NCBI GenBank assembly: GCA_038207395.1
Contig: JBBQZW010000002.1
Coordinates: 309-64,308, forward strand
From: Minisyncoccia bacterium
GTDB lineage: Bacteria; Patescibacteriota; Minisyncoccia; Phycocordibacterales; Phycocordibacteraceae
Length of the DNA stretch: 64,000 nt
Direction of reading: 5' to 3'
The notes below the pieces were generated by a model. That model made no database searches, was not told the DNA's origin, and worked only from the letters and a program-made list of their open reading frames with translations. Every line of letters begins with the position of its first letter. Position 1 is the stretch's first letter. Position numbers and translations under genes: made by a program. Of the stretch, positions 1 to 8,538 are shown piece after piece.

Positions 1-114
1 GCGGTATAGCCAGAAGGCTCTTCCGTTATGCGCTCCGTTTTGCTAGTAATTTCTTCGTAATAAACACGTAAGAGGAGTATATAGGTGTGGGTATAGCCTG
101 TCAACATATAGGAA

Positions 115-153
115 AAGCCCGGCAGACCAGAGGTCTGCCGGGCTTCCCTTTTT
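115..153. terminator. Intrinsic terminator hairpin
   Basis: aagcccggcagacc / ggtctgccgggctt inverted repeat just past the stop of 170..853. Confidence 0.6.
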
Positions 154-169
154 AGGAGAATCTTTAGAT

Positions 170-853
170 TTATCCCTTCACTTCTTCTCGCATTTTCTCA
201 ATAAAGCGAGCTGCCGCAGTCTGCCCTCCTAGACCAAATGAGAGGCCAAAAGCAAGCGCGAGCGCGACCACAACTCCCGTAAAGAGCGGCTGAATGAAGT
301 CGCTTGCCACCTGGAGGTGATCAAGCGCTGCGAGGATTGCAAAAATCCAGATTGCCCAGCGAGCGAGTGATCCGAGAAGATTTGCTGAACGCAGGTGTGC
401 TGCACGAGCTGAACCTGCAACCACCTTCTGAACAGCATCCGCGAGAACAGCGGCCACCAGAAGGATTAGGACGGCGATGATTACCTGAGGAAGGTAACCA
501 AGTACTACCGTTCGAAGGAAGATGGTTACTTCAGTAAGGTGAAGCACATCGAGTGCGGCGACGAGGAAAACAATAATAAAGAACCACTTCACGAGGAATC
601 CAAGGAACGCACCTGAATCGAGACGAAATCCTGCACGCTCAACGACACGCTCAACACCTGCAGAGTGTAGAGCTTGATCAACCTTGAGTGAACGAACTAC
701 TTGCGCTGCAATTCTTCCAAGACCAGCGCCGATGAGCCAGCCGACCATGAATATAACGAGTGCGGCAAGAATATTAGGAATGAACGCAATGAGGCCATAT
801 GAAAGACCTTGGAACGATTGCGTGAGCACGTCTGCCCAGGTATTAAGAAACAT
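170..853 (-). CDS. Conserved TM-helix repeat membrane protein (MscS/CmpX-like)
   Basis: Multiple TM helices; two '(F/Y)(I/L)P(N/Q)(I/V)..A..I' repeats; C-terminal 'ALAFGLSFGLGG'. Confidence 0.75.
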   Translation of the reverse strand: MFLNTWADVLTQSFQGLSYGLIAFIPNILAALVIFMVGWLIGAGLGRIAAQVVRSLKVDQALHSAGVERVVERAGFRLDSGAFLGFLVKWFFIIVFLVAALDVLHLTEVTIFLRTVVLGYLPQVIIAVLILLVAAVLADAVQKVVAGSARAAHLRSANLLGSLARWAIWIFAILAALDHLQVASDFIQPLFTGVVVALALAFGLSFGLGGQTAAARFIEKMREEVKG

Positions 854-973
854 AGTTAGATACGCTTAGTTGCTAAAGCGACCGCAAAGCAGCGGGGCTA
901 CTAAAAGTGTAGCAACTGAAGCGCCGCGTACGCGGCGCTCTGTGGATAGACGAACTAGAGGACCCGAGGGAGT

Positions 974-1543
974 TTAAAGACCCATTCGGTCTAGAAGTAC
1001 CCGGTGCGGGAAATCAAAGATATCACGCAATAGTCGATCATATACACCACGGCGATATTTAAAGTCTTCGGTTGAGAAGGAGGCGAACCTAAGTTCACGT
1101 CCGAGTTCTGCTTCAAGAGCCCGAATAGAAACATCGAGTGCCTTATCCTCTAACTTATCTCCCACGATAAGAAGGTCCACTTTCGTTTCAACGGCACCAG
1201 TGAAAAGTCCTGAGACCACAATCATGCGAACGTTCCCTGCTTTCTTAAGTGACGTGACCATATCTGAATCACTGAGGTTCGTTGTTGATCGAATGAATGA
1301 CTGCAACGCTTCGTAGTACGGAAACTTTCGGTTCGTTTGGTACTGTGCAGGACCCTTCCCTGCCTTCTTACGTATAAGGCCCGCAGCTACAAGTACATTC
1401 AATTCTTTACGGACAGCATCTTTTGCTACCTTTGTCCTAAAGGCAATATCAATGAGCGTTAAGGACAAATCATCATTAAAAAGAAATAAGCGGAGAAGCT
1501 TGAGACGGGCAAACGAACCGAAAAGGCGGGAGAGAGGATCCAT
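974..1543 (-). CDS. wHTH + degenerate nucleotidyltransferase-fold protein
   Basis: 'LFGS..RLKLLRLF' HTH start (ATG 1543 preferred); C-terminal 'SGLF...VDLLIVG...ELGRELRF'. Confidence 0.6.
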   Translation of the reverse strand: MDPLSRLFGSFARLKLLRLFLFNDDLSLTLIDIAFRTKVAKDAVRKELNVLVAAGLIRKKAGKGPAQYQTNRKFPYYEALQSFIRSTTNLSDSDMVTSLKKAGNVRMIVVSGLFTGAVETKVDLLIVGDKLEDKALDVSIRALEAELGRELRFASFSTEDFKYRRGVYDRLLRDIFDFPHRVLLDRMGL

Positions 1544-1606
1544 GGCAGTACGCCCATTGTACCGATTTAAAAATGGTTTGCGCAAGGAGCTAAATAGTGG
1601 CGGTAT

Positions 1607-2188
1607 TTAATCCTCAGGAATCTCCGGTGGAACATGTTTCCAGATGAACCACCCAACAAAGAAAGCTATCAAGACAAAGACTCCAAAACCAATCTTGGTA
1701 ATGTAAGAATCTATCGTCCTGTACTGTGATCCCACAAGATACCCGACCAGCAGAAGAACAAGGGACTTAGGAACAGTGCCGAGAAGGTTGTACCAAAAGA
1801 ATGTTCTAAGCGGGACTCGAACGGCACCTGCGGTAACTAATACGATAAATCCTGCCGAATGAGTAAGCTTCGCAAAGAGTAATGTGCGTCCTGGATTCTT
1901 TGAGAGATAGGTACTGGCACGCTTTACATATTCTTTTCTGCCAGTAAATGAACCTACGCGAGTTCCGAATACTCTACGACCCCACCTCCCCGCGGCATAA
2001 GCAATACCATCACCACAAAGATCACCCAGTACAAGAAGTACATATATAAGGGGTCCGTATACGTATCCTTCTGCCGTCAAGAATCCAGCGATAATACTTA
2101 CGATTGGACCTTCGACTATTGCTAGCGGGAATACCAGAAGATACCCATACGAAGTGAGGAGATGGACAACGACATCGGGACTTGGCAT
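1607..2188 (-). CDS. DedA family membrane protein
   Basis: 'EGP...AGFL', 'GD..AY..GR', 'F..YN..G' DedA motifs. Confidence 0.85.
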   Translation of the reverse strand: MPSPDVVVHLLTSYGYLLVFPLAIVEGPIVSIIAGFLTAEGYVYGPLIYVLLVLGDLCGDGIAYAAGRWGRRVFGTRVGSFTGRKEYVKRASTYLSKNPGRTLLFAKLTHSAGFIVLVTAGAVRVPLRTFFWYNLLGTVPKSLVLLLVGYLVGSQYRTIDSYITKIGFGVFVLIAFFVGWFIWKHVPPEIPED

Positions 2189-2207
2189 AGGAATATAGTT
2201 CGTGTTC

Positions 2208-2885
2208 CTATCTTACTCTTAGTAACCGCATTGCATAGAACTGCTTGAAAAGTTTCGTGACACTAGTGGTGTGTAGTATGTCCGTAACCATACCCACATC
2301 CCCTTCCAGGCCACGCGAGAATCCGTACTTACGATACTTAAGCGGACTTTCAACGTTTGGCCATGACACAACCGCAATTCGTAAATTCTGCTCTATTATT
2401 TTTGCATTCATATACGTCTCTAAGGCAAATGGCGATAGCGTAGGTAACACATCTATATATTCCATAAGTAGACTACGAGGAACCATCCTCTCTCCGGAGA
2501 TTGGATCTATACCAAATAATCTCCAAGGCTTAAAACGTAAACTTATAGAAATATCAGCTCTCCCCTCTAGCACCGGTCTTAGTAATTGGACGATATCTTC
2601 CGCCGCAAGCTCAAGAAGGTCTGCATCCAGTAAGACAAGATAGTCACCACTTGAATGAAGTAATCCAGTAGCAATAGCTGCTGTTTTGCCTCTATTTTCT
2701 GAATGGGTAAGAAGTTGTATGGTTGGGAATTTTTGAGTAATGCTTGAAATATCATCTTCAGAAGAGTCATCCACCACAACTATCTCTGTAATTTCTTTCA
2801 CTTTTACTACTGCCTTAAGTACTCCCTCGATTCGTGCCGCTTCGTTGTATGCAGGAATGATGCAACTAATGCGTGGAGTTGTCAT
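2208..2885 (-). CDS. Glycosyltransferase family 2
   Basis: 'IIPAYNE', 'VVDD.S.D', 'LDAD'. Confidence 0.85.
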   Translation of the reverse strand: MTTPRISCIIPAYNEAARIEGVLKAVVKVKEITEIVVVDDSSEDDISSITQKFPTIQLLTHSENRGKTAAIATGLLHSSGDYLVLLDADLLELAAEDIVQLLRPVLEGRADISISLRFKPWRLFGIDPISGERMVPRSLLMEYIDVLPTLSPFALETYMNAKIIEQNLRIAVVSWPNVESPLKYRKYGFSRGLEGDVGMVTDILHTTSVTKLFKQFYAMRLLRVR

Positions 2886-2888
2886 AGA

Positions 2889-3620
2889 CTATCTGATATC
2901 CGAGTAGGCTGAGCTGACTGGCTTTCCTGTAAACACAATGGCAAAGAAATTTATGAGATAGGCATACGCCACACTGACAAAACCTTCTTCTTTAAACCTG
3001 CGTCCAGATGTCGGCATAGTTATCTTTGAGGTGAAGATTACTTTCCCGAAAGCATGTGCTCTTCGTGCAATGTCAGTATCTTCGCCATAAAAAGCTATGT
3101 TTTCGTCAAACCCGCCCATCTGCAGCACTACTGCTTTACGTATAGCAAAGTTCCCTCCTGTTGCCATATACCCGAGGAAAAAATAAAGCGGCATAGCAAA
3201 TTTGTACCAAAGCCACACTAAATATTGATTGAAGACCGGAATATCGTAGTACTGATACGGACCGCTCATGCAGGCAAGTTTCTCATTATCTTCAAAAGCT
3301 TTCCGTACTTTTTTTGCCCAGCCAGGCGGCATTCGTGTATCGGCATCTATGTACGCAAGCACATCGCCTGTTGCTACCATAAGGCCGCGTTGACGAGCTT
3401 TCGTTAGTCCTTTTTCTAATTCAGAAACTACTTGCACGTCAGGAAATGATTCAGCAATACTTCGGGTTGTATCAGTACAATTATTATCTACAACAATAAC
3501 TTCCTTAAAAATACCGTTACTGTTCTTAGATACTGATTCTAGGCATGCGGCTATGTACTTTTCTTCATTGTAGGCTGGAATTATAAGACTAATGGAGAGC
3601 GGCTCGCGCTTAGGTAGCAT
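2889..3620 (-). CDS. Glycosyltransferase family 2
   Basis: 'IIPAYNEE', 'VVDNNCTD', 'IDAD', 'GGFD...YGED'; start moved to ATG 3620. Confidence 0.85.
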   Translation of the reverse strand: MLPKREPLSISLIIPAYNEEKYIAACLESVSKNSNGIFKEVIVVDNNCTDTTRSIAESFPDVQVVSELEKGLTKARQRGLMVATGDVLAYIDADTRMPPGWAKKVRKAFEDNEKLACMSGPYQYYDIPVFNQYLVWLWYKFAMPLYFFLGYMATGGNFAIRKAVVLQMGGFDENIAFYGEDTDIARRAHAFGKVIFTSKITMPTSGRRFKEEGFVSVAYAYLINFFAIVFTGKPVSSAYSDIR

Positions 3621-3638
3621 GTTGCTAGCAGTATACCA

Positions 3639-3684
3639 AAAACGAACAAAGCCCCGCACTACGTGCGGGGCTTTGTTCGTTTTT
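3639..3684. terminator. Bidirectional-type terminator after rplL
   Basis: aaaacgaacaaagccccgcac-tac-gtgcggggctttgttcgtttt. Confidence 0.75.
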
Positions 3685-3693
3685 AACGGAAGG

Positions 3694-4185
3694 TTACTTA
3701 AGAGTTACTTTTCCGCCTGCTTCTTCAAGTTTTGCCTTGAGAGCAGCACCGTCTTCCTTACTGATACCTTCCTTCAACATAGAAGGAACGCCATCAACGA
3801 GGTCCTTGGCTTCCTTGAGTCCAAGAGCAAGTATTTCCTTAACTGCCTTAATAACGGCAATCTTGTTTGCACCTGCGTCAGTGAGCTCAACGTTTACGGT
3901 TGATTTTTCATCTTCAGCCGCTGCGCCACCGGCAGCAGGGCCTGCAACAGCAACCGCTGCTGCTGATACACCAAACTTCTTCTCGAAGACCTTCACGAGC
4001 TCAGAAAGCTCCATGACACTCATCTTCTCGATTTCGCTAACGATTGACTTGAACTTAGCAGGAACCTCAACTTCTGCTTCCGCAGCAGCTGGCGCTTCCA
4101 CCTTTGTCTCTTCTACAGGAGCAGCTGCTTCCTCTACAGGAGCGGCTTCTACGGTAGCTTCGGTTGTTACTTCTTCTTCAGCCAT
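3694..4185 (-). CDS. rplL: 50S ribosomal protein bL12 (L7/L12) with acidic N-terminal extension
   Basis: '[19 protein letters not shown]', '[22 protein letters not shown]'. Confidence 0.97.
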   Translation of the reverse strand: MAEEEVTTEATVEAAPVEEAAAPVEETKVEAPAAAEAEVEVPAKFKSIVSEIEKMSVMELSELVKVFEKKFGVSAAAVAVAGPAAGGAAAEDEKSTVNVELTDAGANKIAVIKAVKEILALGLKEAKDLVDGVPSMLKEGISKEDGAALKAKLEEAGGKVTLK

Positions 4186-4208
4186 ATAATTGTTCTAAAT
4201 TTCTAAAG

Positions 4209-4703
4209 TTACGCCGTCTTCTTCTGCGCAATCTGGTCGAGCGCAATAACAAGTCCCTGAATTGGACTGTTAAGTACGTTGACGAACATACCACGGAGGA
4301 CTGGTACCGGCGGAATTGTTGCTATAGCGCGCATTCCTGTAGCGTCCAAGAAACTGTTTTCGAACACCCCTCCCATGATTGAGAGTGAATCCTTATGCTT
4401 CTTGCCGGCTTCAAAGATGCCACGTGCTGCGGCGGTTGCGTCATCGTTAGACCACGCCAGAGCGAGTTCACCTGGCATATCAGGAAGTGATCCTTCATAG
4501 CCATTTGAGGTGAGCACACGCTTAACGAGTGTCTTCTTTGCAACGTAGTAGCCGACGCCTTCTTCTTTAAGAGCCTTACGCATTGCTGAGGTGTCAGCAA
4601 CTGAAAGACCCTTGAAGTTAACGAAGACAACAGACACTGCGTCCTTGAGCGAATCCGTCACCTTAGCGACAATGTCCTCTTTTTTTGTTTTGGTAATTGC
4701 CAT
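4209..4703 (-). CDS. rplJ: 50S ribosomal protein uL10
   Basis: 'FKGLSV...MRKALK...YYVAKKTL'; directly upstream of rplL. Confidence 0.95.
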   Translation of the reverse strand: MAITKTKKEDIVAKVTDSLKDAVSVVFVNFKGLSVADTSAMRKALKEEGVGYYVAKKTLVKRVLTSNGYEGSLPDMPGELALAWSNDDATAAARGIFEAGKKHKDSLSIMGGVFENSFLDATGMRAIATIPPVPVLRGMFVNVLNSPIQGLVIALDQIAQKKTA

Positions 4704-4900
4704 AATTTGGTTTTGATTCGTACGGCGAAACGGAAGATGGTCCGGGCTTGTGTGCCAGGACCATTTCCATAGAGGGGAGAACCACGGTGCGAGTAACCTC
4801 GTAGAGCGTAGTTTCGTTCCTCGGCCAGGCTTCTGGGAACACCTTTCGGCAATTCACCTGCTGGCTGTCTGCGGTCCGTACTTCCCTACCATACCGTACG
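4704..4900 (-). promoter_or_regulatory. L10-leader-like ribosomal protein leader RNA
   Basis: Minus strand 'cgcagacagccagcagg...cctggccgagg' resembles the L10 leader core; cgtacgg/ccgtacg closes a long-range stem; TATAGT -10 box at 4903-4908. Confidence 0.6.
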
Positions 4901-4911
4901 TGACTATATAA

Positions 4912-4942
4912 CGCAAAAGCCCCGCCGAGGCGGGGCTTTTGC
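4912..4942. terminator. Intrinsic terminator
   Basis: gcaaaagccccgcc/ggcggggcttttgc. Confidence 0.75.
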
Positions 4943-5000
4943 TTACCAGGTTACTCTTTCGAGTTTACCTGTTCATAAGTGAGTCCGTTAGGACATCAGC

Positions 5001-7013
5001 TTATGGACGTGTCTTTGAGACAGTTACGTAGTTAACGTTCGTCGTGTAGTCGTTAGTGACGGTGCTTCCACCTGAGGTGTAAACAACGCTGTTAAGACGT
5101 ACAGAGTAGTCAGCTGATGGAAGATCAGAAGCTACAACAGTCTCGCCGGTTGCATCAACCTTGAATGTAACAGGGATGGATACCGTTGCATTGCGAGGAA
5201 GAGTGAATCCGAATGCTGAGAAGTTCGTTGTACCTGTTGGCTGTGTAGCTGGGTAGAACGTGCTTCGTGTAGCAGACGTGTTTCCTAGTACAACACCGTT
5301 CTTAAGAAGAACGAAGTTGAAGCTAGTCGTAGCGTTTCCAAACGTCGCGTCTGCACCGATAGCCGTAAGGTTAACGTTGAAGACTGATGAGAGGTGAGCT
5401 TCCGTTGTAGAACCTGCTGTTGACTTAGACGTCGTGATATCGATAGTCTTTGTGTCAAGAGTAAGTACTACACCCTTAGCAACGAGGGTCATTACTTCGC
5501 CAGCGCCAGTTGCAAGTGAGGTCGAACTGATTGTGCGACCTGTTCCTGTTGACTCAGCTGAAGTTACGCTAACATTTCCAACCTTGATAGTAGCTCCGCT
5601 CGTTACTGAACGGAAGTCTGCCTTAAGAAGGTAAGTCTTGTATGCATCCTTAGTGAGAGTCTGGTTGATTGACGTGAACAAGTAGATACCATTTGAGTCA
5701 GCTGATGCTGAAGCAATTGATGTTGATCCGTCGTAGAGGTAAAGAGTCTGTAGGTTTGCAGATGAGGTAGCTGTGTTTGCAACAGTTACGCTAAGATCAC
5801 GCATAAGTACATTGTCTTTTTCAGCAAGAAGGCGGAATGAACCAACTTCTTCCATGTCTACTTCGTTGTTGTTTGCACCCTTGTTAGCAACGATCGTAGC
5901 GGCCTTGCGAACGCTAGGGTCAGTTGAAACGGTAAGAGTTGCAGTGTCAGAAAGGTTTGAAGAAACCGTTACTGACTGAGTGATGTTTTGTGCACCACTT
6001 GAGTACTGGTCGATACCTGCACCGTCAGTAGCACGGATTGCATCAGTTTCGTAGAAGCTGAATGTCTTTGATCCCTGGTACTGAGTGCTGATGCTTGGGT
6101 AAAGATCAACCTTTACGTAGAGAGGTAGTTTCTGATCCTTCTTTACAAGGTAGTCGAATCCAGAAAGCGTTACATAGTATGTAGGAATTGTTCCTGATAC
6201 ACGAGTAACGGTTGATGAATTCAAGTCCTGTGAAGCAAGAACGTTTCCACTTCCATCAGTGAGGTAGATGCGGCTGTAAAGCTTGGTGTATGAGTCAGTC
6301 GTTGTTCCGAGGTTTACACGGACACGGCTAACAAGTACGTCTGAGCTCTTTGCCTCAACACGTACACCGAGAACTGCAGCTTTTGAGTCACCTTCGTAAA
6401 GGTTTGTCTTAATACCTGAAGTTTCCTTCTCGATGTTGATGGTTCCTTCAGCTCCAACGGTAGTGATACTGCCATTTGTAGTTGTAGTTGTAGTTGTTCC
6501 GCTTGAACAAGAAACACCTGTTGTTGGGCTGAATCCTGCAGTTGAAAGACAACCTGCTGGAAGACTCGTGCTTGTTGCACAAGAAGCACCAGTTGTTGGG
6601 CTGAATCCTGCAGTTGACGTACAACCTGCTGGGAGACCAGTTGTTGTTGTCGTAGTGCTTGAACCGTTAGCAGCTACCTGGGCGCGAGTGATCGGACCGA
6701 AGTAACCTACTGCTGGAGAAATACCTACTGAAGCCTGGTAAGAACCAAGAGCTGCCTTCGTCTGTGCTCCGAAGTATCCGGTTGCGCCAGCGGCGATGGT
6801 GAAGCCCTTGTTGATAAGCCACGTCTGAAGTGCAGTTACATCAGCACCGGTTGAACCGATGGTGAGGTTACGCGTAAACGTAGCTGAAGCGGTCGTAGTA
6901 GTTGTTGTTGTCGTTGTCTGTGCTCCTGCGAAAGGAACGAAAGACGTAGCGACGAGGGCGAGCCCTGCAACTGCTGCTGCGACACGTGCAACATTGTTGG
7001 TTGCTGTAGTCAT
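5001..7013 (-). CDS. Secreted Thr/Ser-rich surface (S-layer-like) protein with peptidoglycan-binding domain
   Basis: Signal peptide; 'NLTIGSTGADVTALQ.WL...TGYFG..TKAAL..YQ...GYFGPITR' PG_binding_1; beta-rich remainder; codon usage appears strongly biased. Confidence 0.75.
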   Translation of the reverse strand: MTTATNNVARVAAAVAGLALVATSFVPFAGAQTTTTTTTTTASATFTRNLTIGSTGADVTALQTWLINKGFTIAAGATGYFGAQTKAALGSYQASVGISPAVGYFGPITRAQVAANGSSTTTTTTGLPAGCTSTAGFSPTTGASCATSTSLPAGCLSTAGFSPTTGVSCSSGTTTTTTTNGSITTVGAEGTINIEKETSGIKTNLYEGDSKAAVLGVRVEAKSSDVLVSRVRVNLGTTTDSYTKLYSRIYLTDGSGNVLASQDLNSSTVTRVSGTIPTYYVTLSGFDYLVKKDQKLPLYVKVDLYPSISTQYQGSKTFSFYETDAIRATDGAGIDQYSSGAQNITQSVTVSSNLSDTATLTVSTDPSVRKAATIVANKGANNNEVDMEEVGSFRLLAEKDNVLMRDLSVTVANTATSSANLQTLYLYDGSTSIASASADSNGIYLFTSINQTLTKDAYKTYLLKADFRSVTSGATIKVGNVSVTSAESTGTGRTISSTSLATGAGEVMTLVAKGVVLTLDTKTIDITTSKSTAGSTTEAHLSSVFNVNLTAIGADATFGNATTSFNFVLLKNGVVLGNTSATRSTFYPATQPTGTTNFSAFGFTLPRNATVSIPVTFKVDATGETVVASDLPSADYSVRLNSVVYTSGGSTVTNDYTTNVNYVTVSKTRP
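6507..6637 (-). repeat. Two 72-bp-period coding repeats (LPAGCxSTAGFSPTTGxSC)
   Basis: Copies start at 6507 and 6579; each has a Cys pair. Confidence 0.85.
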
Positions 7014-7475
7014 AACAATTTTTTAAGTTTTTTGTGAACGGAAGCGTGACGATGCGATTAGGTATAGAAGGTGCATCGTACACACTCACGCGGTTTTATA
7101 ATTTCGATAAACGGAACATTCTTTCACACTATCCAACAGGGCGCATTGTCGACTCACGTCCCATCGGTTAGTTAGCAAACGCCATAAGCAATTCTGAGTC
7201 CATCCGTATAATCAAGTGCTTCAGTGCTGATGCCCGCCTCTATATATACAGACGGGCGGGCCGCATAAGGCTTACACGCTGAGTTATTAGCATGTGCCTT
7301 TGCGGCCTAACATTCTGCGCGGAACTACCCGCGCTATGGGTCCGACTATTTTTCGCACAGGGCGAATGAATAGCGGATGAATGTCAAAGTTCACTATCGT
7401 TCAGAATACGCACCATCCATTTCGGGATACTTATACAGTATAGCGAGTAGATATGCGTATTCCCGGTATTAAGAA

Positions 7476-7484
7476 TGTGGATAA
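7476..7484 (-). promoter_or_regulatory. Perfect DnaA box (TTATCCACA) upstream of the surface-protein promoter
   Basis: tgtggataa on +; TATACT -10 box at 7437-7442 on the minus strand. Confidence 0.4.
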
Positions 7485-7600
7485 CTACCTGATTACACGC
7501 CTAGGAGAAAGCAACGGAGTGCTTCCCAGGGAGAGAAATCAGGCCGCTACGACACCCAAGAAAGGTACCATTTTCATGAAGCGAAGTCAATGGCTGGCTA

Positions 7601-8386
7601 TTAAGGTGCGGCTGAGTAACTTGTCCAACGACGCTCCCCTGTTTTAACGACCTGCCCAGTATCTATGAGTGCTTGAAGCTCGCGCTGAATAGTTTTTTCA
7701 CTCACGTCTCGGATAAGCATTGATATATCTTTTATATAGGAAGGACCCTTCGATGTGAGTATTGAAAGTATGGCTTCACGACGATCCTGAGTCTTGTCTT
7801 TTATATGTCCTATAGATTGTCCTTTAGGATTTATTGCTGCTTTTTGTGCACGAGGACTTGGTACTCGAACTGGATCTGGAACGCGGGACTGATTTCCAAT
7901 CAAGCGCTCTGCTCCCACTTCTTTAGCGAGCGCAGCGAGCGAAGGTACCTCATCAAGAAAAAGACGAGGTTCTTCATAGGTGGCGATTTCCTGCAGGAGT
8001 TGCTGAGCCTCACGCGAGATTAGATCAGTGTTCATTGCTGATAGAAGTCCTCCGGTACGCGCTATCGACAAAACGCTTGAGAGAGCTAGAAGTTCGCGAG
8101 ACATGCTGTCACGCGCACTGAACGGAGGAAGTATCGCAGCCTCCACAAGCCCAACAGCAATACTATCCATCTTGTCGCGGAGAGCAGGTGCAGTGCGGAA
8201 CGCAGGTGAGACTAGATGAATCGCTTTTGCGAGTCGTTCTGCTTTTTTGTAGATATACACGCGACGTATGTCTTTTTCAAATATGTTTGAAAATATACTC
8301 TTTTCTAAGACAAAGTTATCAGATGCCGAACGAACGTCACTTCCTTTCGGATGAGAGAGTTCTTTATCGTGTCCTTTATTGTCCAT
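7601..8386 (-). CDS. Helical-bundle + C-terminal DeoR-type wHTH protein
   Basis: C-terminal 'RREAILSIL...IKDIS....DVSEKTIQRELQALID.G.V.KTGERRW'. Confidence 0.7.
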   Translation of the reverse strand: MDNKGHDKELSHPKGSDVRSASDNFVLEKSIFSNIFEKDIRRVYIYKKAERLAKAIHLVSPAFRTAPALRDKMDSIAVGLVEAAILPPFSARDSMSRELLALSSVLSIARTGGLLSAMNTDLISREAQQLLQEIATYEEPRLFLDEVPSLAALAKEVGAERLIGNQSRVPDPVRVPSPRAQKAAINPKGQSIGHIKDKTQDRREAILSILTSKGPSYIKDISMLIRDVSEKTIQRELQALIDTGQVVKTGERRWTSYSAAP

Positions 8387-8538
8387 AAGAATGTATATAA
8401 GACATAGTTACTGGTTAGGGACAGTATATACGCATACCAGTAATTGCAAAGGACACTTACTCGGGCCTGGTAGTACCACGTTCATACTCCCTCTCTGTTG
8501 ACGTACGTTTTGTGAGGAAATGCTAAAATAGGTAGGTA

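Noticed and set aside
7476-7484. Replication origin (oriC)
   Set aside because: Only one perfect DnaA box and no dnaA/dnaN nearby.
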